NCBI GenBank assembly: GCA_041736175.1
Contig: JBGSUI010000131.1
Span: forward strand, 1 to 50,175
Length of the DNA stretch: 50,175 nucleotides
Direction of reading: 5' to 3'
Origin: Oligoflexales bacterium
GTDB taxonomy: Bacteria; Bdellovibrionota_B; Oligoflexia; Oligoflexales; CAIYRB01
The notes below the pieces were generated by a model that saw only the letters and a list, made by a program, of their open reading frames with translations, was not told the origin of the DNA and searched no databases. Of this stretch, positions 1-9,531 are shown piece by piece (the stretch's first letter is position 1; each line of letters starts with the position of its first letter). The translations under genes and the position numbers were made by a program.

Positions 1-326
1 TCTGGGGGTCAAAACAGTTTAAAATGCTTTCTGGACTCCGCGGGAATATCCCCTACTATCCGAAAGATGGGGAGACTGATTTTAGGTCCAAATCCTAGGA
101 TAGGATTTAGGCTCGTACCCCCCCTATTTGGACACCCCACAAGAAAAGTATCCAACTCAGTATTTTTCGTGTAGGGTAGCGGCCAGTTACGTGCTACGGG
201 TTTTCGCACCATCCTGTTTCAATTAAAGACAGGGAAATCCCCTGGGACGGCAAAGTCTCAATTATATCAGAATCATACCCGGTCGAATCGTTCCTATGTC
301 TGGCCAAACTTTCTTGGAGATACCTT

Positions 327-1421
327 GTGGGCAAATCCAACATCAAATCCGTGACCAATCCCGTGACTAATCCCGCGACTAATCCTAAGCCTAGCCGTGA
401 CGTCACGACTCCCCCCAAAAACGCCGCCGGCGAATCCACAAAATCCGATATCCGCGCCTCTGTTTATTCGAAAGAAGCCCTAGCGGCTCTTTACGAAGAG
501 ATGCAGCTCTATCGTCGTTTCGAGGAAAGGGTCCTTGCGGCCTACCAAAAGGGAAAGTTTGCCGGTTTCTGCCACCTACATATCGGCCAAGAAGCCTTGG
601 CCCTTGGGGTTCAGAAGACCCTGCTCGATACGGATCACATGATTTCAGGCTACCGGTCCCACACCCAGGCCATCGGTAAGGGGATCGCCCCTGAGCAGGT
701 CTTTGCAGAGCTTTTCGGCAAGATCGATGGCTGCGCCATGGGCAAGGGTGGCTCCATGCATATGTTTTCCAAGGAAAAACGTTTTTATGGCGGTCATGGA
801 ATCGTGGGTGGCCAAACCCCCTTAGCCGCGGGGATTGGTTTCGAAATCCGCTATTCGAAAAAAGCTGAGGTAGTCGTTTGCTACCTCGGCGATGGGGCCT
901 GTAGCCAAGGCCAGTTTTTTGAGGCACTCAATCTGGTAGCCACCTGGAAACTTCCCGTCCTATATATCATTGAAAATAACCGTTACGGTATGGGTACCGA
1001 TTACCGCCGGGTGACCAGTGTGGAAAAGCTCGCTAAAAGAGCCGACGCTTTTGCCATCGAAAGCTCCGAAGTGGATGGGATGAACGTCCTCAACGTGATC
1101 GAGCATGTCCAGCCCATCGTGGACAGTATGCGCACACATCCTAGACCGTACCTCCTAGAGGCCATGACTTACCGCTACCGGGGCCACTCGGTCTCTGACC
1201 CTGGCCTCTATCGCACCAAGGAAGAGGTCGCCCAATATCAGAGCCTCGACCCGATTTCCCAGCTTGGAGATTTTATGAAAAAATCCCACGGCTACGACGA
1301 TGCCCAGCTTAAAGACATCGATCGCAAGGCTAAAGCAAGAATCGACCAGGCCGAGGCCTTTGCTGATGCCTCCCCAAAACCCGATGTGTCCCTAGCCTTT
1401 CAGCACGTCTACGCCGATTAA
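327..1421 (+). CDS. pdhA: Pyruvate dehydrogenase E1 alpha subunit
   Basis: GFCHLHIGQEA, GKGGSMH, TPP-binding GDGA...ENN and YRYRGHS motifs; first gene of E1a-E1b-E2 operon; GTG start with GGAG upstream. Confidence 0.96.
   Translation: MGKSNIKSVTNPVTNPATNPKPSRDVTTPPKNAAGESTKSDIRASVYSKEALAALYEEMQLYRRFEERVLAAYQKGKFAGFCHLHIGQEALALGVQKTLLDTDHMISGYRSHTQAIGKGIAPEQVFAELFGKIDGCAMGKGGSMHMFSKEKRFYGGHGIVGGQTPLAAGIGFEIRYSKKAEVVVCYLGDGACSQGQFFEALNLVATWKLPVLYIIENNRYGMGTDYRRVTSVEKLAKRADAFAIESSEVDGMNVLNVIEHVQPIVDSMRTHPRPYLLEAMTYRYRGHSVSDPGLYRTKEEVAQYQSLDPISQLGDFMKKSHGYDDAQLKDIDRKAKARIDQAEAFADASPKPDVSLAFQHVYAD
349..384 (+). repeat. Three imperfect 12-bp tandem copies (ccgtgacyaatc) encoding VTNP/VTNP/ATNP in the PdhA N-terminal extension
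   Basis: ccgtgaccaatc ccgtgactaatc ccgcgactaatc read directly. Confidence 0.85.
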
Positions 1422-1461
1422 CCCCCAAAACCTCCCACTAGAGGTCATTGAGAGAGAGCCT

Positions 1462-2445
1462 ATGGCAACCCTACAATTTCGCGAAGCACTCGGCCAAGCC
1501 ATGGCCGAAGAGATGACACGAGATCCCAAGGTTTTTTTGATGGGTGAAGAAGTCGCCCAATATGATGGCGCTTATAAAGTCAGCAAAGGACTGCTTAAGA
1601 CCTTTGGTCCTGAACGTGTCCTCGACACACCCATTTCCGAGGCTGGTTTTGCCGGCGTCGGTGTCGGAGCTGCGATGGCCGGACTAAGACCCATCGTCGA
1701 GATGATGACCTGGAATTTTGGAATCCAAGCCTTTGACCAGATCGTAAACCATGCCGCTAAAATGCTCTATATGTCGGCAGGCCAATTCCAAATCCCGATC
1801 GTCTTTCGTGGTCCTAACGGTGCCGCCCATATGCTTGGAGCCCAACACTCCCAGGCCTACGAGGCCATGCTTACCAATGTCCCGGGGCTAAAAGTTGTCT
1901 CCCCGGCTACGCCTTACGATGCTAAGGGCCTTTTAAAAGCAGCCATTCGTGACAACAACCCGGTGATCTTTTTAGAGAGTGAGATGATGTACTCCTACAA
2001 GGGCGAAGTCCCTGACGATGAGTACGTCATTCCACTGGGAGTCGGCGATATTAAACGTCCGGGGACCGATGTGACTTTGATCGCCTGGAATAAGATGCTC
2101 CATCTAGCCATGGAAGCCGCAGAAGCCCTAAGCCGCGAAGGTATCAGCTGCGAAGTGCTTGATCCTCGAACCCTGCAACCCCTCGACGAGGAGCTTATTT
2201 TTGGGTCGGTCCGTAAAACCCACCGCTGTGTGGTGGTCGACGAAAGCTGGGGTTTCGGCGGGGTCAGCGCCCAGATTGCCACCCGCGTCCAAAAAGTCTG
2301 CTTTGACGACCTAGATGCTCCAGTTGGCTTGGTCAACTCCGAATTCGTCCTTATGCCCTATGCTGAACAACTGGAAGAAGCCGTCCTGCCGTCCCTCGCA
2401 AAGGTGATCAAAGCTGTCAAAGAAACCCTTTATCTAGGAACCTAA
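1462..2445 (+). CDS. pdhB: Pyruvate dehydrogenase E1 beta subunit
   Basis: GEEVAQYDGAYKVS, DTPISEAGF, FRGPNG, AQHSQ motifs. Confidence 0.97.
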   Translation: MATLQFREALGQAMAEEMTRDPKVFLMGEEVAQYDGAYKVSKGLLKTFGPERVLDTPISEAGFAGVGVGAAMAGLRPIVEMMTWNFGIQAFDQIVNHAAKMLYMSAGQFQIPIVFRGPNGAAHMLGAQHSQAYEAMLTNVPGLKVVSPATPYDAKGLLKAAIRDNNPVIFLESEMMYSYKGEVPDDEYVIPLGVGDIKRPGTDVTLIAWNKMLHLAMEAAEALSREGISCEVLDPRTLQPLDEELIFGSVRKTHRCVVVDESWGFGGVSAQIATRVQKVCFDDLDAPVGLVNSEFVLMPYAEQLEEAVLPSLAKVIKAVKETLYLGT

Positions 2446-2449
2446 ATCC

Positions 2450-3775
2450 ATGGCCTATATTGTCGAAATGCCTAAACTCAGCGATACGATGGAAGAGGGC
2501 GGTATCGCCCATTGGCTTAAGAAAGAAGGGGACACCCTCAAGGTAGGCGAGCCTCTGGTCGAGATCGAAACCGATAAGGCGACCCAAGAGTACGAGGCCC
2601 CCGAGGATGGTTACCTTATCAAGATCCTTGTCCAAGCGGGCAAGACGGTCGGTCTGAGGACTCCCATCGCTGTGATTGGGGACAAAGACGAAGTCTTTGA
2701 TCCTAAAACCCTCCCGGCTCTCCCTAAGGGGACTGGTGCAGCCCAGGCGCCGACACCTGCTGCCAGCTCTCCGGCTCCCGTTGCGGTGCCTCCAGCCCCT
2801 GCGACTCCTCCTTCCCCTAAGGTTGTTGAAAGTGCCCCTGGAGATTTAGCGACGGGTTCGCGGATCAAATCCTCGCCCCTAGCTCGCCGTATGGCCCAAG
2901 ACCTCGGAATCGACCTCGGACGAGTCGGCGGAAGCGGACCAGGGGGCCGGATCGTGGCCCGGGATTTAGAGGGTGCAGCTTCCACTGACTCATCAGGTAC
3001 CTTTACCGGGGGCCTAGCGTCCATCGGGACGGGGCCTGTGATCCAGCAGGCGAGCGCTACGGAAGTACCCGTGAATATGATGCGCAAGACCATCGCTAAG
3101 CGCCTGGTCGCCGCTAAGAACGAAGCCCCTCACTTTTATTTGAAAGTTTCTGCCGATGTCGGCCCGTTGTTAGCATGGCGTCAGCGGCTTAATCAAGGAG
3201 CTGGAGCTGGGGGAGCCGGGGGAGCCGAAACCGGCGGTAAAGCCGGCCTCAAAGTCAGCGTCAACGATATCATCGGCCTCGCCGTCTCACGGGCCCTGCT
3301 CCTTCACCCCATGGTAAACGCCTCGTGGCAGGGCGAAACCATCTTGATGCACCACCAAGTTCATCTTGCCTTGGCCGTAGCTCTCCCTAACGGACTCGTC
3401 ACTCCAGTGATCCGCAATGCCCATCTTTTAGGGGTCAAAGCCCTCGCGACCGAGGCCCAGAGGCTTGTGGCCTTAGCCCGGGAAGGCAAGTTGGCTAACG
3501 ACGCCTTTGCTGGCGGGACGTTTTCTCTGTCAAACCTAGGTATGTTTGGAATTGAAGAGTTTACGGCAATCATCAATCCCCCCCAAGCCGCCATCCTAGC
3601 CGTTGGTGCCGCCATTCCCACACCTTGGGTTGGAGCGGACGGTCAGATTAAAGTGAGCCAGAGACTAAATCTCACCCTATCTTGCGATCACCGGGTCGTG
3701 GATGGAGCTACAGGAGCCCAGTTCCTTAAGACCCTTGTGGGCTACTTGGAAGATCCCTTGCTGATCCTTGCCTAA
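2450..3775 (+). CDS. pdhC: Dihydrolipoamide acetyltransferase (E2), single lipoyl domain
   Basis: Lipoyl ETDKA, Pro/Ala linker, peripheral-subunit-binding SPLARRMA...GSGPGGRI, catalytic DHRVVDG. Confidence 0.96.
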   Translation: MAYIVEMPKLSDTMEEGGIAHWLKKEGDTLKVGEPLVEIETDKATQEYEAPEDGYLIKILVQAGKTVGLRTPIAVIGDKDEVFDPKTLPALPKGTGAAQAPTPAASSPAPVAVPPAPATPPSPKVVESAPGDLATGSRIKSSPLARRMAQDLGIDLGRVGGSGPGGRIVARDLEGAASTDSSGTFTGGLASIGTGPVIQQASATEVPVNMMRKTIAKRLVAAKNEAPHFYLKVSADVGPLLAWRQRLNQGAGAGGAGGAETGGKAGLKVSVNDIIGLAVSRALLLHPMVNASWQGETILMHHQVHLALAVALPNGLVTPVIRNAHLLGVKALATEAQRLVALAREGKLANDAFAGGTFSLSNLGMFGIEEFTAIINPPQAAILAVGAAIPTPWVGADGQIKVSQRLNLTLSCDHRVVDGATGAQFLKTLVGYLEDPLLILA

Positions 3776-3785
3776 ACTCCCCGCA

Positions 3786-3815
3786 CGCCGTAGGATCCTC
3801 CTACGGCGGCCTTTT
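3786..3815 (+). terminator. Probable intrinsic terminator between convergent pdhC and GT4 genes
   Basis: Perfect 10-bp stem cgccgtagga-tcc-tcctacggcg followed by a short T run. Confidence 0.65.
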
Positions 3816-3818
3816 AGG

Positions 3819-5003
3819 TTAACTCAGTTTGCGGAGTTTGAAGCTCACAAACTGGATGGTCTTTTTAAGGGTGCCTTTTAAGCCTATCCTCCCAAAATAG
3901 TCAAAAGCCTTGAGAGCTAAATGGGCGAAGCGACTCTTTGCCAATCGCCCTGAGCGAGCATTGCCGTAGAGAGAAATCATGAGCTTAAAGAGTTCGAGAG
4001 CGCATTGGTCCCATAAAAACCTGCCGCGTACGAAACGGTAGGATTCTTTTGAATGAACATAAAGCAAATGCCGATCTCGATCATAGGTTTCAATCCGGTG
4101 ACAGAGATCAGCGAGGTTTTTGCATATAAAAGGAGTCACCTCAGGATGAGCCCCCACATCCAAAGCGAGAGCAACTGTCCCTGAAGCCTGCGCCTCAACC
4201 AGAGGTAGATTAAATCCTTCCCAGAGACTACAAGAAATAAACACGTCAAGTCCCCGCAAATAGGCTGAGCGCTCCTCGTCAGTTCCATTGATATGGGGTT
4301 TAATACCGTGCTTTGCAAACTCCTCCCCATCTTCGGGACTGCCCCGCCCCATAATCTCGAAGGTCACCGGACTGTTTTGCTTTTTAAAATAAGAGGCGAC
4401 ATCCAAAAAAGGTTGGATGCCTTTGTAAGCAGCCTCACCTTTACCGAGGCGCAGGAGGGTCCCGACCCGCAGCGGCTTTGCGTCGTTGAAAAAGGGGCGA
4501 GGCTTGATACTAAGATCGATCACATGATCACAGCCGTTGTAGATCACAGGAGCTGAGAGCCAACCAATATCATTGCGGACAAACTCAGAAATGGCGATCA
4601 CAGCATCAAGCTTTGGATAAATATTAGTGAGTTTATAATCAGCGCGACGTTGGCGCGAGGTCTCCCCATCTTCATAGATGGAATCGGGGAAAAAGCTTGG
4701 ACTGGGTTCGCCGTGTTCCCAAGCCCAGACATAGGCGTCCTCCCGAAGTGTGTGCAGCAGCTCAAAGTAAGGAGAGGTATGGGCGATCACCAGCCCGACG
4801 CCATGATCCCTGATAAAGGTTCGCAATGCCTCGGTGGTAGGTTGGAGGATTCTGACATCAGAACGCACAAAGCTGTTATCACTCTCCAGGCAGCCAATGA
4901 TCGACTTGACCCCCAGGCTCCCTAGCCTTACTGCGAGCTCGTCGACGACTACTGAAACTCCATAGCCATTGTGCATTCTGATAGCCAAAAAAAGTATCTT
5001 CAT
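3819..5003 (-). CDS. Glycosyltransferase family 4 (GT-B)
   Basis: EGFNLPLVEA (ExFG/N...E) signature, AISEFV, N-terminal GV..V motif. Confidence 0.88.
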   Translation of the reverse strand: MKILFLAIRMHNGYGVSVVVDELAVRLGSLGVKSIIGCLESDNSFVRSDVRILQPTTEALRTFIRDHGVGLVIAHTSPYFELLHTLREDAYVWAWEHGEPSPSFFPDSIYEDGETSRQRRADYKLTNIYPKLDAVIAISEFVRNDIGWLSAPVIYNGCDHVIDLSIKPRPFFNDAKPLRVGTLLRLGKGEAAYKGIQPFLDVASYFKKQNSPVTFEIMGRGSPEDGEEFAKHGIKPHINGTDEERSAYLRGLDVFISCSLWEGFNLPLVEAQASGTVALALDVGAHPEVTPFICKNLADLCHRIETYDRDRHLLYVHSKESYRFVRGRFLWDQCALELFKLMISLYGNARSGRLAKSRFAHLALKAFDYFGRIGLKGTLKKTIQFVSFKLRKLS

Positions 5004-5887
5004 TCAAACATCACCTCGACAAATGAACTCCATTGGCGAACAAACTTTTGCCGATCCACCCAATCCTCTGATCCCTTTTCCCGAGTTGCATTTTCCAAGT
5101 GAATGATCTCGTCAGTGACCATGAGTTCGATTTTTGCACCCCGGCTTTTGGCCATGAGACATAGATCGATATCCTGGCATTCGGTGCGATAGTCTCGATC
5201 AAAGCCACCAATTTGTTGAAAAAGCTTGGATCTGATACCCAGGAAAGCGCCCGTCACCGCTGGCACCATCCAGAAGGGTCTGTGAGACTGATTTAAAAGC
5301 GGTTTCTCATCCCGATGACCAGGGTGATAGGAAAGCCCTCTTAAAGCTCCACGGTAAAAAAAATCGATCCCGTGATGCTGTAAGCGGAGATCATCATAAA
5401 GCAGGGTGGCACCGATAATGCCTGTTTGCGGGGTTTTTTCAAAACGTTGAATCATGTCGCAGAAGAGTTTATTAGGGTCGGTTCGAAAAATAATATCATT
5501 GTTCATAAAAAGGACGAGATCGCGGGTGACGTATTTTGCAAACATTTCATTGTTGTTGCGAGAAAAGTGATACTTGAGATCCTCTCCTACTTTAATCTGG
5601 TCCCTAAATTTTTTATAACAATTCCTAACCTGAGGATCTGTAGAACCTGTATCACCTATGATTATTTCAAGAACTATTTCTTTTTGCTTGAGACAGACTT
5701 GTAGTTGAATCAACGTCTCTATCAAAGGGACTATGAGTTCAGGTTTGTTTAAATTTAAAATAACAATCGACAAGCCAGGCTCTAAGGCCCCCTTGGTATC
5801 ACTCTGAGCCCATTGCACCGCAGCTGAAACCCTGGATTTATTGTCGTGAGTCAAATACGGATTCAGCTTTTCGTATCTTGCGTCCAT
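5000..5887 (-). CDS. Glycosyltransferase family 2 (rhamnosyltransferase-like)
   Basis: SIVILN, DTGSTD, FMNNDI, AVTGAF, GGFD...QDIDLC motifs; 4-bp overlap with the next gene. Confidence 0.88.
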   Translation of the reverse strand: MDARYEKLNPYLTHDNKSRVSAAVQWAQSDTKGALEPGLSIVILNLNKPELIVPLIETLIQLQVCLKQKEIVLEIIIGDTGSTDPQVRNCYKKFRDQIKVGEDLKYHFSRNNNEMFAKYVTRDLVLFMNNDIIFRTDPNKLFCDMIQRFEKTPQTGIIGATLLYDDLRLQHHGIDFFYRGALRGLSYHPGHRDEKPLLNQSHRPFWMVPAVTGAFLGIRSKLFQQIGGFDRDYRTECQDIDLCLMAKSRGAKIELMVTDEIIHLENATREKGSEDWVDRQKFVRQWSSFVEVMFE

Positions 5888-5927
5888 CGACTATCCCCCC
5901 CCCTTTCTCCAACCTATCATAAAGCAC

Positions 5928-7760
5928 CTAGGTTCTCAGTTTTATTTCTTCGTTTTCTAGAGAAAGATTGGCGTTGTAGTAAGGGTCACCCCGCTTGATC
6001 ACGGAATCCCATTTTCCAAAAAAATGCTGGACCTCGCCTTGAAACCTCATCCTTTTTTCTGGAGTATCGTCGTCCCCTCGAGAAAGGGACTCATAATGAA
6101 AAAGTTCCGCATAGGGTGTAAATATATTAAGCTTCCCGGTGGCTCTCACTTTAAGGCAAAGGTCTATATCATTAAAGGCTATAATAAGCTTCTCGTCAAA
6201 TCCACCAATAGATTCAAACAAACTTTTTTTGATCATACAACAAGCAGCAGTGACCGCCGTCAAATTCTGCACGGCTTTGAGTCGGTAGCAATAACCAGGC
6301 TCGTTTTTGGGGGCGGTGCGACTCACATGGGCAGCCAAGCCACGCATGCCTATGATGACACCTGCATGCTGGACCGTCTCGTTAGGATAATAGAGTTTAG
6401 CTCCGACGATCCCTATATCTGGACGCTGGGAGTGCATCATCAGCTCTTCGATCCATGAAGGGGTAATCACTTCGATATCATTATTTAAAAACAAAAGCTG
6501 CTCGCCTCGGGCATGGGTCACAGCAAAATTATTGACCGCCGAATAGTTAAAAGAATGACTCCAAAGGAGAACACGCACTCGAGGTTCCGTTGTTTCAAGG
6601 TGCTTATAGTAATCAAAAACCTCGGGGTCTATACTCCCGTTTTCGACAATAAGGACTTCTAAGGCTGGATAGGTGGTCAAAGCAAAGATCGATTCAACAC
6701 ATCGTCTCAGGTCGATTAAGTGATTGTTGTTTGGGATCAGGATCGACACAAGGGGTTTTGATCTAAGAGGATAGGCTACCTTAAAAATCGGCCACTCCTT
6801 ATCTCTCGTCGCTTCGGCTCCATGGTGGACCCGCTGGAGGTGCTGGTTTAGGAGATTTTGGTCTCGCCCAGGAATCAAAGGCAAAATTTTTGAAAAATCC
6901 CCGTCAGAACCTTTTTTGGGGGATCCTAACACATGAGCCAAAACTTTAGGGATATGGACGATATGGTTTGCGTGTTCAGTCAGCTTAAACAGCAGATCAT
7001 CGAAATCTTGAAACATAGGAACCCGGTCCAGCAGGAGAGACGCCTTAATCCCAAAGGAGCTGCCGATGTAATTAAACGAGCGAAAGGTATCCGGACTCCA
7101 GTCGGGTTTAAAAATCGGATCAAAAAAGACGTCTTTCTTGGGATCATAAAGATCCTGATCACAATAAACGAGCTCAGCACCTTGTTTGAAAGATTCCACG
7201 ATCTCCGCCAAGGCCGTAGGCGCCCAGCACATATGGTCGTTTACAAAGACAAGATACTGGTCTTGGGTGGTCCCCAGAAAGGTCCGCACCTCGAAAGCCC
7301 CCTCAAACGGGAGGGGGACGGATATGAGGCTTATAGGAACACCTTTCGCTTGCCAAAGGTGAACTTTACGGCGGAGTCCTCTCGGTGGAGAAGGAACATA
7401 AAGGACTAGACTCCAGCTCCTGTGGATCTGCTGGATGCATGAGGTCACGATCCAGTCTAAGTCCTGGGCTAAATCCCGATGCTTTGATAAACAGCGGGGC
7501 TGCAAGAAAACAATCTTCAGGGTCTCAGCATTGAGTATAGGATCTTTGACATGACCCGTATCCTTAGCGTCAAGAGCTAGCTGGTAGCTCTGTGATTTCA
7601 TCCAGGCATCATAAATGTGACCTGAGGTGGGAGGACCTTTAGGAGTCCCCAATATCCATTGAAACCAGGGATGGGCTTTGATCAGGATAAGGGCTTTTAG
7701 AGCTTTTCCCAAACCAATTTTGATCAGTATCGCTTTGATTTTTCCACGATCAACACCCAC
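5928..7760 (-). CDS. Two-domain GT2 glycosyltransferase (degenerate N-terminal GT2 plus intact C-terminal GT2)
   Basis: YCDQD...FKPDWSPD; VSILIP, VENGS, FNYSAVNN, FLNNDIE, AVTAAC, GGFDE..AFNDIDLCL. Confidence 0.9.
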   Translation of the reverse strand: MGVDRGKIKAILIKIGLGKALKALILIKAHPWFQWILGTPKGPPTSGHIYDAWMKSQSYQLALDAKDTGHVKDPILNAETLKIVFLQPRCLSKHRDLAQDLDWIVTSCIQQIHRSWSLVLYVPSPPRGLRRKVHLWQAKGVPISLISVPLPFEGAFEVRTFLGTTQDQYLVFVNDHMCWAPTALAEIVESFKQGAELVYCDQDLYDPKKDVFFDPIFKPDWSPDTFRSFNYIGSSFGIKASLLLDRVPMFQDFDDLLFKLTEHANHIVHIPKVLAHVLGSPKKGSDGDFSKILPLIPGRDQNLLNQHLQRVHHGAEATRDKEWPIFKVAYPLRSKPLVSILIPNNNHLIDLRRCVESIFALTTYPALEVLIVENGSIDPEVFDYYKHLETTEPRVRVLLWSHSFNYSAVNNFAVTHARGEQLLFLNNDIEVITPSWIEELMMHSQRPDIGIVGAKLYYPNETVQHAGVIIGMRGLAAHVSRTAPKNEPGYCYRLKAVQNLTAVTAACCMIKKSLFESIGGFDEKLIIAFNDIDLCLKVRATGKLNIFTPYAELFHYESLSRGDDDTPEKRMRFQGEVQHFFGKWDSVIKRGDPYYNANLSLENEEIKLRT

Positions 7761-7847
7761 CTTGCTCCCGCCAATTTAGCTTGGAAACGAATCAATGGAC
7801 CTATCGTGCCATAGGATCGGCACCTCGGTAAAGACTTAATAGGACCG

Positions 7848-9257
7848 TCAGATGCCGATACTACCATTACGGACCCTTTTCAAATAGTTATCAATTTTTT
7901 TTAAAAGTCCTTCGTGGCCTTTGAAATATTCTCGCCAAAAGAGGATTCGATCGCTCTTTCTGGGATTGACTTTCACCAACTCTGCTTTAAGAAAAGGAAA
8001 CTTAAAATCACGCAACAAAACTTCCCATAGATCGATGGTCGGGTTGACTCCAACAAGGGGGGAAACTTGATATTTTTCTATATATTCTCGTGGTGTTAAC
8101 TCGGTAGCAAGCCATCGGTCACGAAGCAGGTAAAAATCGTAAAGGGCCTCGGCTTGAAAGCCCTGCATCATAAAAAAACGCGTGAGTGACAACTCAAAAT
8201 GATCGATGATCGACTGCTTATCTTTGGCTACAAAGGGCTGGGCCCAGAAGTTTCTCCATGCCTCACTCTGGATTAATTTTTGTTTAAAACACAGAAAATA
8301 GGATTGAAGATGGTATTGAATCTCCCAGCTTTCGGTGAGACCTACGAGATCTGCAGAGCTAGCATCAATGCGCTCAAAAAGTGGCGCGAGATCTTCGAGA
8401 GGGCCAAAGACACTGTCGTTGGCTAAAAGGATTTGCTCATAAAATTGGGACCCATCCCCAAGCCATTGATGGGCGCATCGCCATGATCCAAAATCCAGCC
8501 CATCGTTTTTACGGTGAATCACAGATCGACAAACCTCTGCTAAATTCTGGACTCCCACGGCCACGAGATCAGGTGCTGTTGTGATCAAAACAATATCAAA
8601 TCCATTTTTTTTGATCTGTACCAAATAGTCGAAAAGCCAGGGGTCTATAAACCCATGAATATCGAAATGAGCAAACAAACAAAGTTTGTTGTTTTGAGGC
8701 TTTTCGTAAAATTCAAATATGTTGAGAATCTGGGGTTTTTGATCTTGGTCATTTGATGCCGAATCATAAATCTCTTTTGGGTTTACAAAACGATTTAAAA
8801 GAGACTCGGCTCTCTTTTCGGATTGGGCAAGGGCACCGATCTTTTCGTCCAGCAAACGTTTGTGGTCGTCAATATTTCCAATCTCTTGGTTCTTCACCTT
8901 AAGTGCTTGTTCGAGATCGGCGAGTTCTTTAAATCGGTCCTCCAAGAGTCTGTCTCTAAGTTGAAATTCACTTTCGCGCTGCTGCTCGCGCTGGACGATG
9001 CTTTGCTCGCGCTGCACGAAGCCTTGCTCCCTCTGATCGGCGTTGTGTTCGCGCTGCTGGAGGTGACCCATCGCTATATTATGATCGATCATTTTGATCT
9101 TGCGCTCTACCAATTCCTGCTTATGCCTTACAACGTCTGGATGGAGTCTTGTATCGATTTCTTGGATTTTTCGCAGCATCAGCTCTTGGTGCAAATGAAG
9201 GCTACGCATGGAGTAACGGGCTTTGATGTAATCTTTTACTTTCTGCAAGAAAGACAT
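7848..9257 (-). CDS. Rhamnan synthesis F (RgpF)-like protein with N-terminal coiled coil
   Basis: LFAHFD, RKNDGLDFGSW, LANDSVFGP, HLQSYF, NPT...PFLK motifs; Q/E/R-rich heptads in the first ~150 aa. Confidence 0.8.
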   Translation of the reverse strand: MSFLQKVKDYIKARYSMRSLHLHQELMLRKIQEIDTRLHPDVVRHKQELVERKIKMIDHNIAMGHLQQREHNADQREQGFVQREQSIVQREQQRESEFQLRDRLLEDRFKELADLEQALKVKNQEIGNIDDHKRLLDEKIGALAQSEKRAESLLNRFVNPKEIYDSASNDQDQKPQILNIFEFYEKPQNNKLCLFAHFDIHGFIDPWLFDYLVQIKKNGFDIVLITTAPDLVAVGVQNLAEVCRSVIHRKNDGLDFGSWRCAHQWLGDGSQFYEQILLANDSVFGPLEDLAPLFERIDASSADLVGLTESWEIQYHLQSYFLCFKQKLIQSEAWRNFWAQPFVAKDKQSIIDHFELSLTRFFMMQGFQAEALYDFYLLRDRWLATELTPREYIEKYQVSPLVGVNPTIDLWEVLLRDFKFPFLKAELVKVNPRKSDRILFWREYFKGHEGLLKKIDNYLKRVRNGSIGI

Positions 9258-9531
9258 TATTTTACCCTATGATAAAAGATCCACAATGACTTTATTAAGA
9301 AGCATCATGATATTTGCTTTAATCAAAAAAAGATAGTGAACCATTCCTCCGAGAAAGGGTTTTCGAGGAGCCAAGCGGGATTTTTGAGATGTGCTGGTTT
9401 CTTTGATACAATAGGGGTGACTCTCTTGGCCTTTATCTGTCTATCACTCGCCATTTCCTTTCCTACGACATCACACTGATACCTAAGACTTTTCTCAGAT
9501 TTTTTGTCCATAACCTCAACCAAAGCAACCT

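Noticed and set aside
9..439. Minus-strand ORFs 9-212 and 194-439
   Set aside because: No motifs; the second is largely antisense to pdhA
7797..7811. TGGCACG on the minus strand upstream of the GT2 gene as a sigma54 promoter
   Set aside because: The -12 position reads CC, not GC
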